The notes beneath the pieces are model-generated. The model was not told the DNA's origin, did no database searches, and saw nothing but the letters and a program-made list of their open reading frames with translations. The translations under genes were made by a program, and so were the position numbers. 64,000 bases of DNA, from contig NW_024704743.1 in the NCBI RefSeq assembly GCF_018977255.1, forward strand, positions 57,290,001-57,354,000, given 5' to 3'. Origin of the DNA: Callorhinchus milii. Lineage: Eukaryota. Positions 50,822 through 64,000 of this stretch are shown piece after piece. Each line of letters opens with the position of its first letter. Within the stretch, counting starts at the first letter, position 1.

Positions 50822-50890
50822 TTTTGCCTAAAACAAAAAAGGAAAAGAATTGTGGCCCAGAGGAAATGGAAATTGGGGACATGTGCAGAG
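50822..50890 (+). CDS. VWDE: VWDE exon 4 (VLPKTKKEKNCGPEEMEIGDMCR)
   Basis: Acceptor tctctcctag|, donor |gtaagc, 69 nt, phase 1 to 1. The CGxxExExGxxC pattern matches the short linker of VWDE. Not in the ORF track. Confidence 0.88.
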
Positions 50891-51882
50891 GTAAGCACCT
50901 ATTTGTTATCACGACAATAATCTTTGTTTTATGGGCTACTTCAGCATTTAGGGTCACAGCCTGGAGCCGATCACACAGCTGGTGCTGGTTTAGTGCTGAG
51001 TGATCACCTTAGAGTCAGCATTGCTTTCAGGGATCAAAAGAAGAAATAAAACCATATCAATCAAATTAACTGGTAGCTGAGCGAGCAGTGGAAATGTTGC
51101 CTTCCTGACTGTAAGATACATTTACCCACTTTGTCTTACCAATGCAACACTCTTGATGTGTTTTTTTACCAGTGTTTTACACTCAGTGCATTTCAGCCTA
51201 TGAAATGTGTACAATATATAAATAGATTTATCCTTCAGTCTGGATCTGGATTTTGAAAATCTCTTGAATTGATCAATTGTTAAGCTTCATAGGAACATCG
51301 AAAATAGGAGCAAGAAGAGGCCATTAGCCCATTGAGCCTGCTCCACAAATTTATTCGGCTAAATTTTAGCAGATCTTTTAATCCCAAAGTCTCACCATTC
51401 CAACATACCCCTTAATACCATGACTACCCAATACACAGGGTGTTCACAAAGACCTGCCACCCCATTTCTTGCTACAATGCACTGACCAACAGCTGAAACA
51501 TGTGGAAGAATGATGATACTTGTATATAGAAGAACTTAATTGTATTCAGTATAAGTTCTAAATGTATATAGACGTCCAGAGGATTGATGTCACCTCCATC
51601 ATTTTCATGGCAAAAAATGATCCATGTCCAATGCAACATTTTCTGTAACATGGATGGAGTTGGCAAGGAAGTTACTGCTATTAGACATTGTTACATGACT
51701 CATCTGCAACAGAAAATTAAAATTCATTGTAAGAAAAACATGGGGTGGAGGAGGGGGGCAAAAGGACTTTGTGACCCTGTCAGTGTCCTTCAGATTCTGC
51801 ATCTGATAATATATTTTGCTCAGGGCAGTGTATCCATCATTACATTGTCTGATGCTAATGACACATGTTTGTTTTCTGGCAG

Positions 51883-52114
51883 CTAAGCAACCACCACCAC
51901 CAGCTGGTCTGGAGGTTGTGGCTGAATTGGATAATGGAAGCATTTACCTGAAGTGTTCCCTCGAGAGCCCAGTGGCCAATAGCTCAGTTGGCTTTACTAT
52001 CACTTGGTCTCGTCTCTCACCTGATGGAAGCAAAGAGGAGCTGCGGCAAGAAACCACCGTGCAGACGTTTTCATTCTAGAACTGGACGGAATAAATCTCC
52101 AACTTGGGGATAGG
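51883..52114 (+). CDS. VWDE: VWDE exon 5 (AKQPPPPAGLEVVAEL...QETTVQTFS / LELDGINLQLGDR) with a 1-nt deficit near 52074-52076
   Basis: Acceptor ttttctggcag|, donor AGG|gtatgt. The length of 232 is one short of the 233 needed for phase 1 to 0. In-frame TAG at 52077-52079, and homology resumes in the shifted frame. Confidence 0.93.
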
Positions 52115-53177
52115 GTATGTTGTGAGATATTATAATAAGGACTTGAATGGCTTCAGAACAATGAATAACGGATAGCGTGTTGAAGCACTTTGTTTTTTAT
52201 AGCTTACTTGTCAAATATGGTGTTTCTTTTATTCTACTCTAATGGGATTTTCTATAATATAAAGTCACAGCAAAACAATGTTTAGGGATCAGATTCATTG
52301 TTTTTTATTCAATTAAATGAGTATTTCATCTTGAACTATAAATGCAATTCAGAGTTGCAAATCCAGCCAAGTTGGTGCTAACTTTTTTGAGGCAGTTGAA
52401 ATGGTTAACTGCATGCTGAGATGAACTGATGTGTGAGACTGGATGTCTTCTCTGATGAGTTATGTGTGCAAATTCAATCCTGAGAAAGTTCTGATAATTT
52501 ACACCTGATGTGGGCTCTGTGAAGCATTTTTGTGGTTGATGGAAATGAAGTCAAAACAGATAACAGTCAGCATGGTGAGAAAAAGGTTCATGTGACATGG
52601 CATATCAATGGATCAGTTCAGTTTCAATTTAAAATTAAATTAATATTTTTATAGTAACTTAATTTTAAATGCTGGGTTAATGATATATAAACAGAATACC
52701 TTACGCTTGTTGCATTTAGCTATTACGTTAGCCCATATAAATAGTGTCTCACGACTCCTTATTCATATATTCTTGATTTCCCTTTCGCCACTAAGGATGA
52801 GAAGTGAAATGAGTTCCTCACAATTTGAGTGTCTTTTTAAGAGCATATAATGCTCTATTATACCTAAATAGCAGGATATATCGTGTGCAGAATATGAAAA
52901 TGTTAATGGCCAGGACACTCCTCCCAATCTTCATTTTTTTCACTGTGCCTTGGTCTCAGCCACCCTTTCTGGTTACCTGTTCTAGTTATTAATTACCTCT
53001 GGGTAAGATGATTCAAATGTTCAAGCCTAACAGTCTCCACCCCAAACCCCTACTTTAACCAAACGATTAAACCACTATTGTTCCTTATACCTGAAATATA
53101 AATGTAAATAAGAATTCAGGAAGAAAATATTCCATAAAACCTTGAGTACTGTATCTAATTTTGAGAACTACAGTATA

Positions 53178-53400
53178 ACAATAACAACTTGCGTTTATAT
53201 AGCACCCTTCACGCAGAGCATTGATTCAGAGCACTTAAAAGTGGTGGAGCCCTATGCCGAGTCATTGTTAGGGAGGAGGTGACCGTAAGGACGATCGAAG
53301 AGGAAAGTCTTCAGTCATGATCTAAAAGAGGGGAAGAAGGGGGCCAGGTGAAGGGAGTGGGGGAGAGCTCCAAATGTACAGGACATCATAGCCACCAAAA
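53178..53400 (-). mobile_element. L2 3' fragment
   Basis: ctgaagactttcctcttcgatcg...ctgcgtgaagggtgctatataaacgcaagttattgtt. Confidence 0.78.
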
Positions 53401-54544
53401 GGGTGTAGTGAAGCTTCACTAGGACAACATCAGGAATAACTCGTTATAGTTACGTGGAGAATTTAATTTTTTTCACTGGAGCAGAGAACGATGAAGGAAA
53501 TTTTATATACTGATATTATTGTCTGATAAAATAGATAAAGAAAGATAATTTACATTGAGTTAGTAACCAGAAGGCATAAATTGAGGATTGCCACAAGAAA
53601 AAAGGCAAGGTTAGAAGATTATTTTAACACAAAAGCTTGCATTTACATGGGGTAATGTCTCGGAGAACTTATTATACCTATAGTGTGTCCAATTTTTTTA
53701 AAATTAATTATCTCCTCGCTGGCCTATGCCTTCCTGGTCTGGCCTCCATTTTCCTGGGGGCTGGTTCCACAGGCTTGTTGTCCTCCAGTTCCCCTCCCAA
53801 TTGGCTGTTGTTCATGCCTTAGCTGTGAGTATTGGCAGGACATTTGACTGTAGACACCGGCCCAACTAAGCCTGAGCACAACCAAACTGTCTGCCACACA
53901 TGCTCAACCACTAGAGGGCACTGTAAAGGGACCAGGAACAGGATCTCTGAATGGCTTTGCCCTCCGTAACCCTGGGAAGGCCAGGACCAATTTGTCCTCC
54001 CCGTGCAGGCCTAACTGAGACTAGCAATTTTGTCACGGACTAGTGTTTGATCCAATGACTTGCCAGTCCATAAGCTGCAGTCCTTTCTACCACATGATTG
54101 GAACTGCCAGGAGAATTTACTCAGTGCCATGGGTCAAAGGAATGTGAAATGCCTCAACTCAAATGTCTATTGAAGCAGTGTCCATCAAGAGCATTTAAAT
54201 GCAAATTGGACCAATATTTTCAGCAAAATAATAAAGGGTTTGGGAAAAGAGCAGGAGAATGGGAATTGAGGAATGCGGAATGACACCAGCAGAGACATGG
54301 TGCAGAGAATGGTATTGTTGTGTGTCGTAAACGTCTGAGATTTAAAACCCACCCTCACCACATAAAATCTTTATTAGGTTATCAATGGGTGTGTTTATAT
54401 AGTGCTGAGGTCAAGGCAGGATCGTTTTACGTCTGCTTTTTAATGCTAGATCATTCAACCTTCGGACTGATAGGTTTCTACAATAGTTTATATCCCTTTG
54501 TGTCTGGATCATAACTCATTTGTTCCTTTGTTTTCTATTTGTAG

Positions 54545-54634
54545 GTTTACTGCAGAAGTTCAACTTTCTATTTGGACAGTCCAGATATTCAAGGACCCTC
54601 TGCTGAAAGTGAAGAATTCTTTGCTGGGATTAAG
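54545..54634 (+). CDS. VWDE: VWDE exon 6 (VYCRSSTFYLDSPDIQGPSAESEEFFAGIK)
   Basis: Pyrimidine tract plus tttgtag|, donor |gtataa, 90 nt, phase 0 to 0. Contains the ESxEFFAGIK motif. Confidence 0.93.
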
Positions 54635-55109
54635 GTATAAATTAAGAAAGAAATTTCTCTAAAGCCCAGGCAAACAAACCTGAATTATATCCAGGTTTAT
54701 CCAATAAAATCCTGTCCCACAACATTATTAGTTCCAGCTCGACTCATCCAAAGGTGCATTTTAAGTGATTTAACAGAGCAAATAATGTGCAGCTCCTGAC
54801 AATGTAAGAATGTCACTCAATATGAAAACAGGCAAAACAAAGGCAAAAATAACTCGTGGGTTAAGTACTGCAGGTGACAGGGTTCTCGGAATTAAACAAA
54901 GGCATTGAAAGAGAGGTTTTTCTATATGCGTTTTTAAAAAAAATCATTTCAAATTGCAAGTGGTTTAAATTTGCTGGTGATTGAAAGCTGGAACTAATTG
55001 TTGACTACGACAATACATCTGTGTGGACTGAGGCCTCAAAACGCATGTTTTATTTTGTAGCATTTTAGTGTTTATAATAAACACAAAGTTAGTAGATGGC
55101 TATGCTGGG

Positions 55110-56170
55110 TGTCAGCTTGGCTCGGTTGGGAGCACTCTCACCTCTGAGTCAGGTTGTGGGTTCAAACCCAACATCAGGATTTAAAACTCACTGTCCAAGC
55201 TGATTCTAGTGCACTGCTGGGAGAATGCTGAATTGTTGGAGATGCTGTTCTTCAAATGAGGCAATAAGTCAAGGCTTCAGGTGTTTGGTAAACATCCATA
55301 GCTATTCCAAAAGGGTTTCTGCTGGTCTCCCAGCCAACAATCCTCCAGATAATTTGGTAATTCGCCTTGCTTGTCAGCCTTCCTAACTCTTCCTTCCACA
55401 AGCTGCAGATCATCCAGAACTCTGCAGCTTGTGTCCTTTCATACATCAGGCTCCATGACCCCATCACATCCACTCCTTGCCGGGCTCCATTGGCTCCCCA
55501 TCCCTCAGAGGATCGAGTTAAAAATTTTCATTCTACCTTCAAGGCCCTCCATGGCCTTGCCCCCTCCTGCCTCTCCAACCCCTTATCAACCTGTCCGCTC
55601 CCTCCACTCAGCAGGCTCTGGCCTGCTCCATGTCCCCCACCTGGCCTGCCCCACCATCGGCGGTTGGACCTTCAGCCTCTCTACCCCCACCGTATGGAAT
55701 GTCATCCCGCATTCCCTTCGCCTCGCTCCTTCCCTTGCTTCCTTCAAGGCATGCCTCAAGACCCTCTTCGATGATGCCTACGGCCACTCTCTTACCCTCT
55801 CTGACCTCCACCTCCCTGATTTCCCACCCTCTCCCAGGTCCTAATCCCTGACTGTTCAGCACCTTGGAACGTCCTCCTGACGTGAAAGCCACTTTACAAA
55901 TGTAATTTTGTATTGTACAGTATTCACTTCATAGATATTTATACCTGGACATTGGTGCCTGGAAATTGGGACACTGCTGTGTGCAATTGGCTGCCGCGTT
56001 TCGCCCACAAATATACGGTCAATTGACTTTACAGTCTATTCTGTGAAGCACTTTGAGACGTTGAAAATATTTGAAAAGCGCTATATCAAATGCAAGGATT
56101 ATTATTATTATAAACAGAGTTGCTGTGTTTGACAGCAATTCTCTGTGAAGAGCTTTTAAACATTTTGACA
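55110..56170 (+). mobile_element. Deu-like SINE interrupted by an L2 (55366-55920) and by a younger SINE 3' fragment (55968-56111)
   Basis: SINE head tgtcagcttggctcggttgggagcactctcacctctgagtc. L2 peptide KLQIIQNSAA...LHWLPIPQRIE...FKACLKTLF. The SINE body resumes at tattcacttcatag. Confidence 0.82.
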
Positions 56171-56653
56171 TTGTAATAATAAATAATAATCCTTACAATT
56201 GATATAATGCTTTTCACATTAGGGAGACATCTCAAAGCGCTTCACATGATGTACAAAAAATGTAGTTACAATTTTGTAGGCAAGCCTGGCAGCCAATTTG
56301 TATACAGCCGTGTCAGTATTGTAGGCACAATAAAAAAAACAAGGATTATTAGCAGTAGATGTATGACAAATTGACAGATTAAAAGATAAAATAATTAACA
56401 CGCAATTCTTTGTTCAGTGACTTCCAGCAATTAGTAATACAGTAGAAGCCAATATAGGGAAACATTTTCCATATATCTATCCTATTGTTCCTATTGAAAA
56501 CATTCTTTTTTTAATGAATAATATTGATTTTTTTAAAAATTCATAATCTGCACATGAAGGACAATAAACAGTCAATAATGCAGTGTACTAGGAAGCAGCA
56601 CTTGCAGATGCAACATCAAGATCAACTGATGTGTGAGTTATTTAATTTGGCAG

Positions 56654-56798
56654 ATTCACCCAGAGGCTTTGACCATAGCAGAGGATGGAAAGGAGCACAG
56701 ACTGATGGTTGAAAGTACTGTGCCAATCCCTTGCTCCGAGTTCACCCAGAATGAAGATGAATGTAAATTGAGACTCATGGTTAACACAGTCAGTCAAG
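56654..56798 (+). CDS. VWDE: VWDE exon 7 (IHPEALTIAEDGKEHRLMVESTVPIPCSEFTQNEDECKLRLMVNTVSQ)
   Basis: Acceptor tttggcag|, donor G|gtaaac, 145 nt, phase 0 to 1. Contains the EDGKE...ESTVPI.CSEF motif. Confidence 0.92.
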
Positions 56799-56869
56799 GT
56801 AAACCACTTTGATCAATTTTTCAACACTTTTTTCCATCTGTCTATATATATATAATATATATCTATACA

Positions 56870-57290
56870 TAGATAAAATCACGTTTGTTCTCTTTCCTTG
56901 TTGTGGACCATTCCAGTATCGAGCTCTACTTTAAAATAATCTGGTATGCTGTCCTCACTACGCTTTCCCGATAACCAATTTCAACTGTTGATTACCTTCT
57001 GTAACAAGAAATACTTCCTGGTGTCTGACCTAAAATAGCCTTTATAACTCTTAACCCATGCTTTCTTGTCCTGTTGCTTCGACATGTCTGAAAATATTAT
57101 CCTGGGTTTACTATCTCTTTCCTTTTAATAATCAAATGCAATTCATAAAACCCACTCAGTGACATCTCTTTTTCAAGGCTAAAGAACCCATATCACATCA
57201 AGGCATTCTTCATAGCTCATTCATCCAACACTGGAGATCAACATTATTGCTTATCCTCTAGTGTTTCTAGGGCCCTTATGTCATGTTGAC
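56870..57290 (-). mobile_element. CR1 fragment
   Basis: Reverse complement encodes RTRKHGLRVIKGYFRSDTRKYFLLQKVINSWNW. Confidence 0.75.
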
Positions 57291-58708
57291 CTGAGAGCAA
57301 GTGTTAGCCCTGTTTGCCTAAAGCATGAAGCTGCATGCTAGAACTACCCATAATATAGAGTAGCAACACTGATTATGTTGGGAAGGTGAACACGTTAGGA
57401 GTACGTGGTTACCAACATAGTTTTGAGTGGAAGGGAGGGAGGTGCTGCTTGAAGGAAAGAGGGAAATTCTGAAGGAGAACCTTCAACAGGTCAACTATTA
57501 TACAACTCTCAGTAGCTGGCTCAAGTATGTCATACAATACAAAATTACATTTGTATGGTGCCTTTCAGGTCGGGAAGATGTCCCAAGATCTGGTTAGTCA
57601 AGGATTTGGACCCGCGCAGGGTGGGGGAGTTTGGGTGATATAGGCCAAGGTCTGGGAACAGATCACTTTCCTGCTTTTCCATCTGTGATTGGTATGAAGC
57701 CAAGAAAGCCGTGGAAAGGGAGGAGAAAATTACCACCTGACACACAAAAGAAATGTTCATAATTTGGTGCCGATTGGTACTAAAATAACACAGAAATGGT
57801 TAATGTGGAAAATAAATTGATCGCAAGGTGATGGGGCTCTTCTGAGAGTTCAGGTTGCTAAGATGTAAAGAAAACATTTACCTTGCAACTGACCTGGGAG
57901 CACTTACATAAAGTGGACTGGGAATCAAATATGGAAATGTATCTTCCCTTACACTGATTCTCTCCTGGGTGAGAGCCAAATCGACCGGACTACTTGTGTT
58001 GAACAAATATAATTAGCTAGATATTTATAATATAAAACAATGCTGTAGGAGGACATAAACTTGGAAATCGTTCTTCATTGCACAGTTTTATAACATACAC
58101 CAAATCCAGATAGTCTCAATTTAGCTCAGATTTTGATTTCATTTTGAATTTCCAGTTTGCGAGCTATTTCAACCCACTTTTGATTCGTTTTCTAATTTTT
58201 TATTCTATTCACGGATGTTACGCTTGACTGGTGAGTAAACCAGAGGGAAGTAAGCTCCTACCTCAGTCATTCTTGGAGATGTGTACTGAAGCTCTGTCCA
58301 GAGCAGTGTAAGATTGGTCCAAAAGTAATAGCACTGTAAAATGCATATGATTTCCATTCTAATTTAGCTGCTCAATCTCCATCAGCAGTTGTAAATGCAT
58401 TAGCATTCTCTTGTCATGTTGTCTTCTGTTGAACTGGTTTATATGCTGTAGTAGGCATTAAATTGGGAAAATGATTTCATGTCTTGCGACTATCAAGCTT
58501 TGATCACTCTGATGTGAACTGATAGATTCGAATGACAGTACTGAGAATCAGGTCCCATTAGTTTTCGTGAAAGCTCCATGAACCTTCACTAACAATTTAT
58601 GGACTTGTTAGTTTAGCTCAGTTGTACATGCATGTGGATAAACAGAGTGATCTGGTGTATCCCCGTAATGTTTTCAATTTATGATTTAATTTCATCCAGA
58701 TGTTCCAG

Positions 58709-58923
58709 GTACACGATATTCGGGATCAGACCTTGTTCTCTCAACCTGTCATGTGGACCTGCTCCAAACACCTTGCAATCGAGGCATATGTTCCCGGTCG
58801 ACCATTTACTATTCAGCAGTCATGGATTTTGCGCAGGATGGTGACAGAGTGACTGAAATCATGGCGTGGCCCTTTACTAATGAAAATTTCTTGTGGAATA
58901 ACTATGTCCTGGAACCTGTGCAG
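58709..58923 (+). CDS. VWDE: VWDE exon 8 (GTRYSGSDLVLSTCHVDLLQ...NFLWNNYVLEPVQ); both boundaries have in-frame alternatives
   Basis: Acceptor ttccag| at 58708 (alternative catccag| at 58699). Donor |gtcgta at 58924 (alternative |gtaaac at 58927). Phase 1 to 0. Confidence 0.9.
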
Positions 58924-59531
58924 GTCGTAAACCGTGTATTTATATTTCAATTTCCATTCAGTTTAGAACTGTAAAATTATATAAAACAGAAGAAGCGCAA
59001 TTCATTCAGACCCACCTACCCGATTTGAAGTGTATATACTGCATGTTTTGAATACAAAAAGTAAAATAGCAACCCTTGATTTGGTCCAACTAAAAAATTA
59101 AAGTGCATATAGCATCTGTTTTGTGTACTAAGAACTATGGTAGAGGTAATGTGCATGTGATATTATCATCCATGATATTATCACAGGCCAAAAATCCATC
59201 TATTCATATTCTATATCTCATAACGGACTAATATTTCTCTTTGTTTAAGTGACCAGATTTATTCAAATGTCATTAATTGTGCCGAACAGATATAAATATA
59301 AAACAAAGAATTCACTTAAAAAGAACAAGTAAATGAAATTGGCAGCTATTGTTCTAAAATATGTTGGTGCAGTCATCAAAGAGATCTTTGACTGGTACTT
59401 TAAGTTTCCAAGTCTTTGCCTGTTACCTTGATCTACATTGATAGTGGAGAATTTTGTTGTACTCATCAATGTGAATGTTTTTCTTCTGACCTTGTTAAAG
59501 GTTTTATTGCTATCTTTTGTTTATTTTTTAG

Positions 59532-59605
59532 ATAATAGTAAAGGACGTCCCCATTGCCTATTGTTACTCATTTACTGATCCACACCTGATTACATTTGAT
59601 GGCAG
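59532..59605 (+). CDS. VWDE: VWDE exon 9 (IIVKDVPIAYCYSFTDPHLITFDG), start of the VWD domain
   Basis: Acceptor tttttttag|, donor AG|gtaact, 74 nt, phase 0 to 2. Contains the VWD signature C...DPH..TFDG. Confidence 0.95.
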
Positions 59606-62243
59606 GTAACTACATACCGTGTTGTCTCTTTTCATCTGATTTGTCTCTGTTATAAAATTAATTACATGACGTCTGTGCTTCCCAGGAGTAATTACTGTTG
59701 CACATGTGAGAGGGCTGTCAGGTGACGTGCTGCCAGGCCCTTCCTGATGTCCTTTTCTATCAAGCCCCACAAAAAATTGAGATCGATACATGTTGATTTG
59801 CCTTCAGATATAAAGCATTACATCTCAAGACTCTCGATAGCCTAATGATGTGGTCATACACGGTAGCTCATCAGTGTCATTGCAAACTAAGGAGACATCA
59901 CCTCCCACACTGCTTCATCAGCCACATCACACAGTGCTGAAAAGGAACTGTAGCTTCCAAGCTGCTGGGTGTCCCAGTGTTAGCGTAAACCACAAGGTGG
60001 TGCCAATATTGTTCTTTCGGTTTCGACAGCATTGGCTGCTTGTACAATACAATTTACGCCTCCCAAAGTGAAAGGTGCTTTATAAATCTAAATTGATTTG
60101 TATTGTGCTCAAAGGTGTTTAATTATTGGTACTAAATCCAAGTCCTCATCCTCTTCAACCTCAATCATTTCCCACAACAGTGGCAGAGACACAAGACAAT
60201 CAATGCAATCAATGTACAGACAAAGGAATCAGCACTCGCACTTCAAATGGAAAGGCCAGTTCAGGGTAACATATTGTGTGCAAGCAATCTCCAAGTAATG
60301 TAAATAAATACGATATTGGACAGATTATAATTTGTTCTGTGCTTTTAATGTTAGTTTCACCAGCTCACAATCAGAAAGGAATCATGATCAATCGGGAACA
60401 ACTACTTATAGACAATTATTAGCATGGCTAATATAGACAAAAAATGGGAAAAGTTGTTTAAATTCCTAATGAGGTTGCAGACGCCTACTTTGGCACTGCC
60501 GCATATTGAAGCATCTATCATGTGACTAGAGCTGCAGGTAATGAAATGCTTGTGATGTGTGTTGCCTAAAACAGATTACTTTTATCCACTAGCAACATTA
60601 CCAACTTTCAAATAAGAGGATAAATGGTGTGTTATCAGTCTCAGGCTTGCATGTATCATCCAGAGCGTAATTAGGTGCCAACAAGAATCCATCTGCTGCA
60701 TTTCGAAGACAAGGGGGGGGAATGAGAAAGCTTCCAAAGGTGTCCATCATCATTAATGGATTTTCTGTTGTGATTCACAGGTGGTGGAAAAATATAGCCT
60801 TTACCTTGGCTGAGATTGCTACGTTAAAGATTTATATTGCCTCTGGCCAATGTTACTTATTGAATCAAGCGCCAATCAAGTGTTGACACACCACTAACAA
60901 CCTCAGGCATTACTTGAGTTTTGGGTCCTGGGTATCCTGGAGCAAGAAATGTCCAGCTCAGGATTTCTTCCATATTTATGTGTTTATAGCCCCCCTGACT
61001 TCCCTGTATTAATGGTAGGCAACATGAGATATTATGCGCAGAGCATTGAAGCCAGCAGATTACCTGAGATTGCTGAACATTGCTTTAAACACTGCCCTTG
61101 TTGTGGTAAGCTCACCAAACGGAAAGGGTGTGTGGGCGGGGGTGCGGTGGGGAGAGTCGGTCAACCACTTCTCAGATAGATTCAGGTATGAGAGCTGGGG
61201 GCAATACCTGTCCTGTAAGATATCTGAATTAATAGATAGACCAGCTGCAAGGATGAACTTGATCCTTGTTAATTAAATCATCTTACTTATGGATCAGTGT
61301 AACTCAGGTCTGCGTTCCCTATAGCTGTTAAAAGCCTTAACTTGCAGCTTCTGCACCAGTAATGTAGGGTCAAGTGTCTGTACAAGGCCCTGTATGTACA
61401 TCCAATCCCACAAATACAATTACAAATGCCCATCAGCTTTTTCCATCCTTAGGCTAGATAAACTCTGCAAGTTTCATGCTTAGATCAACATGCCAATGCA
61501 CCTTGTTGACTACCTCGCAACATTGTAGTATTCCTATTTGCTTCCTTCATTACTTCAACCTAAACACATTTAAGCATAGGTTGGAGTTCACAGGACATTG
61601 GTCGTTGCTCAGAAAATAGACATTGCTAAGTAGACCTGCTTGTTTCCTGCATTTCTAATATGCAACAGGACACCTTTGCTAATTAGTTCTGATTCCAATT
61701 TGGGATACATAGCAGTGCTCTATACCTGTGTAATTCATATCACGTTTGTGCTATACATTAAAGTAACTACATCTTGACACTCTAATTCATAGTTTTGTAA
61801 TTCTCTGCAATAGTTTAATTACTAATTGTGCTTTTAATTTCAATTGTGTGAAATTTTGCAGTGATGTTATTAAACCTGACAATCCTAACACACTAAAACA
61901 CCCATCACTTGATGTTCATTGAAGCATTCATTATTCTGAATGAACTGTGCAAAATACACCACAATGCTATAAAAGCATCTGCCTGTAAAGGTGACCAGGT
62001 TCCCATGACACGATTCAAAAAGAGAAGGGAGTTTCTCCTGATGTCCTAGTCAATAATCAGAAAAAANTAGTTATTCACCTCATTGCTGTTGTTGGGCCAA
62101 GTTGTGCCCAAAATTGTTGCTGTATTATCTAAAAAACAGTCCCTACATTGACAGTAATAACTGCAGTACTCTTGAGACATTTTGACACGTTGTGGTGCTC
62201 TAAAGATGTATGATATTTCACTACGCAATGGGATGGCATTTGA

Positions 62244-62606
<363 letters not shown>

Positions 62607-63780
62607 TAATAATATTTTTTTCTTATTCCAATACTGGAATTAAAGGTAAAAAGGGAAATTACAGTCCAGTGATTTAATTGATAGGAAGATTTCTGTTTCA
62701 ATCAAATTGTGCTGTTAAATTTTGTAAAACAATTCTAGTAAATATTTCTGTCATGTTATTTAAGATCCCAAAATAAATAAAAACACTGTGAATTTAGTTT
62801 TTGTAAGATCCAAGCAAAATGAATACTGAATATTGTTTTTGAGATTGTTTGAATATTGTTTGTTATAAGTGATTCTTGGTATAGGTTTGAAGTCTGATAA
62901 TATACAAATATACAGAGTATCATAAATGGGGCAGGTATGTGAAAAGTCACCAATAATGGTATACTAATTCAGACACTGCACTATATAGAAAAGTGCAAAG
63001 ATACTCCACATGTTGGTGCCTTAAAATATAAGGATTATTAATAGTACAAGTAGAAATATTTTGAATGAGCACAATTGAAAATAAGCAATTGTTTGCAATA
63101 ACCTAACCCCCAAAATGATGCGGAATTCCAACCAGTTTATATTGAAAAGCTATCATTTGAAATGTTTCTAATTCAATAAAAAGGATATTATCACCTACAT
63201 TGTTCATATCTGTCCCATTGACAACAATACTTAATAATAATTACAATCCTTGCATTCGATATAATGCCTTTCATGTCAGGAGTACATTCTAAAGCACTTC
63301 ACAGGATGTAGTGTAAAGTGGAGCGACTGTATTTTGTATGCAAACGTATATATAAAAACAGCACCTTGGTGTAAGGAACCCAACCAAACAGGCAACAATA
63401 TTGCTTATATATATTTCTGGGGGCTGAAACATGAGTTAATACATTTTAAATAATATTCTGCTTGAAAAGTCACTAGAACTTGCTATAAAGTAGGATACAT
63501 TGATGTTTTGTTGACCAAGTTAAATTGAGCGTGGAGCAACTAAAAAATCAATTATAACTGCGCACATGAGGTTTCAGAGGTCAGGTACTGGCTCTGTGGT
63601 CAGACCAACTGTGTCCAGGTTTTCTAAGAGGCAAATAAATCAAATCCTGCACCCTATTAGAGTGAGTCACTTCAATGCACACTCAGCAAATGTCATTAGT
63701 TTGCTTTGTGTAAATTTCCTCAAAAGAAAAATTGTTAAATCTTTATGGCACCTAACTTGTCTTTATATTGGAGGGCACTT

Positions 63781-64000
63781 ATAGAATCATAGAATCCATT
63801 CGTCCCATTGTGCCTGTGCCGGCTCCCTGAAAGAGCTATCCAGTTAGATCCACACCCCCGCTCCTTCCACATAGACCTGCAAATTTTTCATTTTCAAGTA
63901 AATATTCAATTCTCTTTTGAAAGTTTATTATTGGATCTTCCACCACCCTTTCAGGCAGTGTATTCTACATCGAAACAACTCTGGGTAAAAATATTCCTCC
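63781..64000 (-). mobile_element. CR1 3' end (runs off the edge)
   Basis: (ATAGAATC)2 tail, gtgccggctccctgaaagagctatcc and accctttcaggcagtg, typical of shark-type CR1. Confidence 0.8.

Noticed and set aside
62067..62067. Ambiguous base N
   Set aside because: Assembly ambiguity next to an A-run in a decayed SINE. Relevant only as a sign of draft quality.

Overview
Repeat-rich vertebrate genomic DNA, most likely from a cartilaginous fish and possibly a holocephalan such as Callorhinchus. This is inferred from the SacSINE1/Deu-like SINEs, tRNA-Ala SINEs and L2/CR1 LINEs, and is not verified. The one protein-coding gene is the 5' part of VWDE (von Willebrand factor D and EGF domains) on the + strand. 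I reconstructed 10 coding exons with GT-AG boundaries (5515-62600, about 534 codons once one frameshift is corrected), with a 39.3-kb first intron, and the gene runs off the right edge. As given, exon 5 is 1 nt short, causing a frameshift and a premature TAG at 52077-52079. This is either an assembly error or a null allele. The rest is intronic or upstream DNA with many nested retroposons: two SINE lineages sharing an L2-type tail, L2 and CR1 fragments, and a decayed R4/Dong-type LINE. There are also local duplications, a long fold-back and a few repeat-free candidate regulatory blocks. I found no evidence of a new multi-gene system. The notable items are the VWDE frameshift, the modular SINE family and the local rearrangements. 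Comparisons with human VWDE and named repeat families are from memory, not from database searches.
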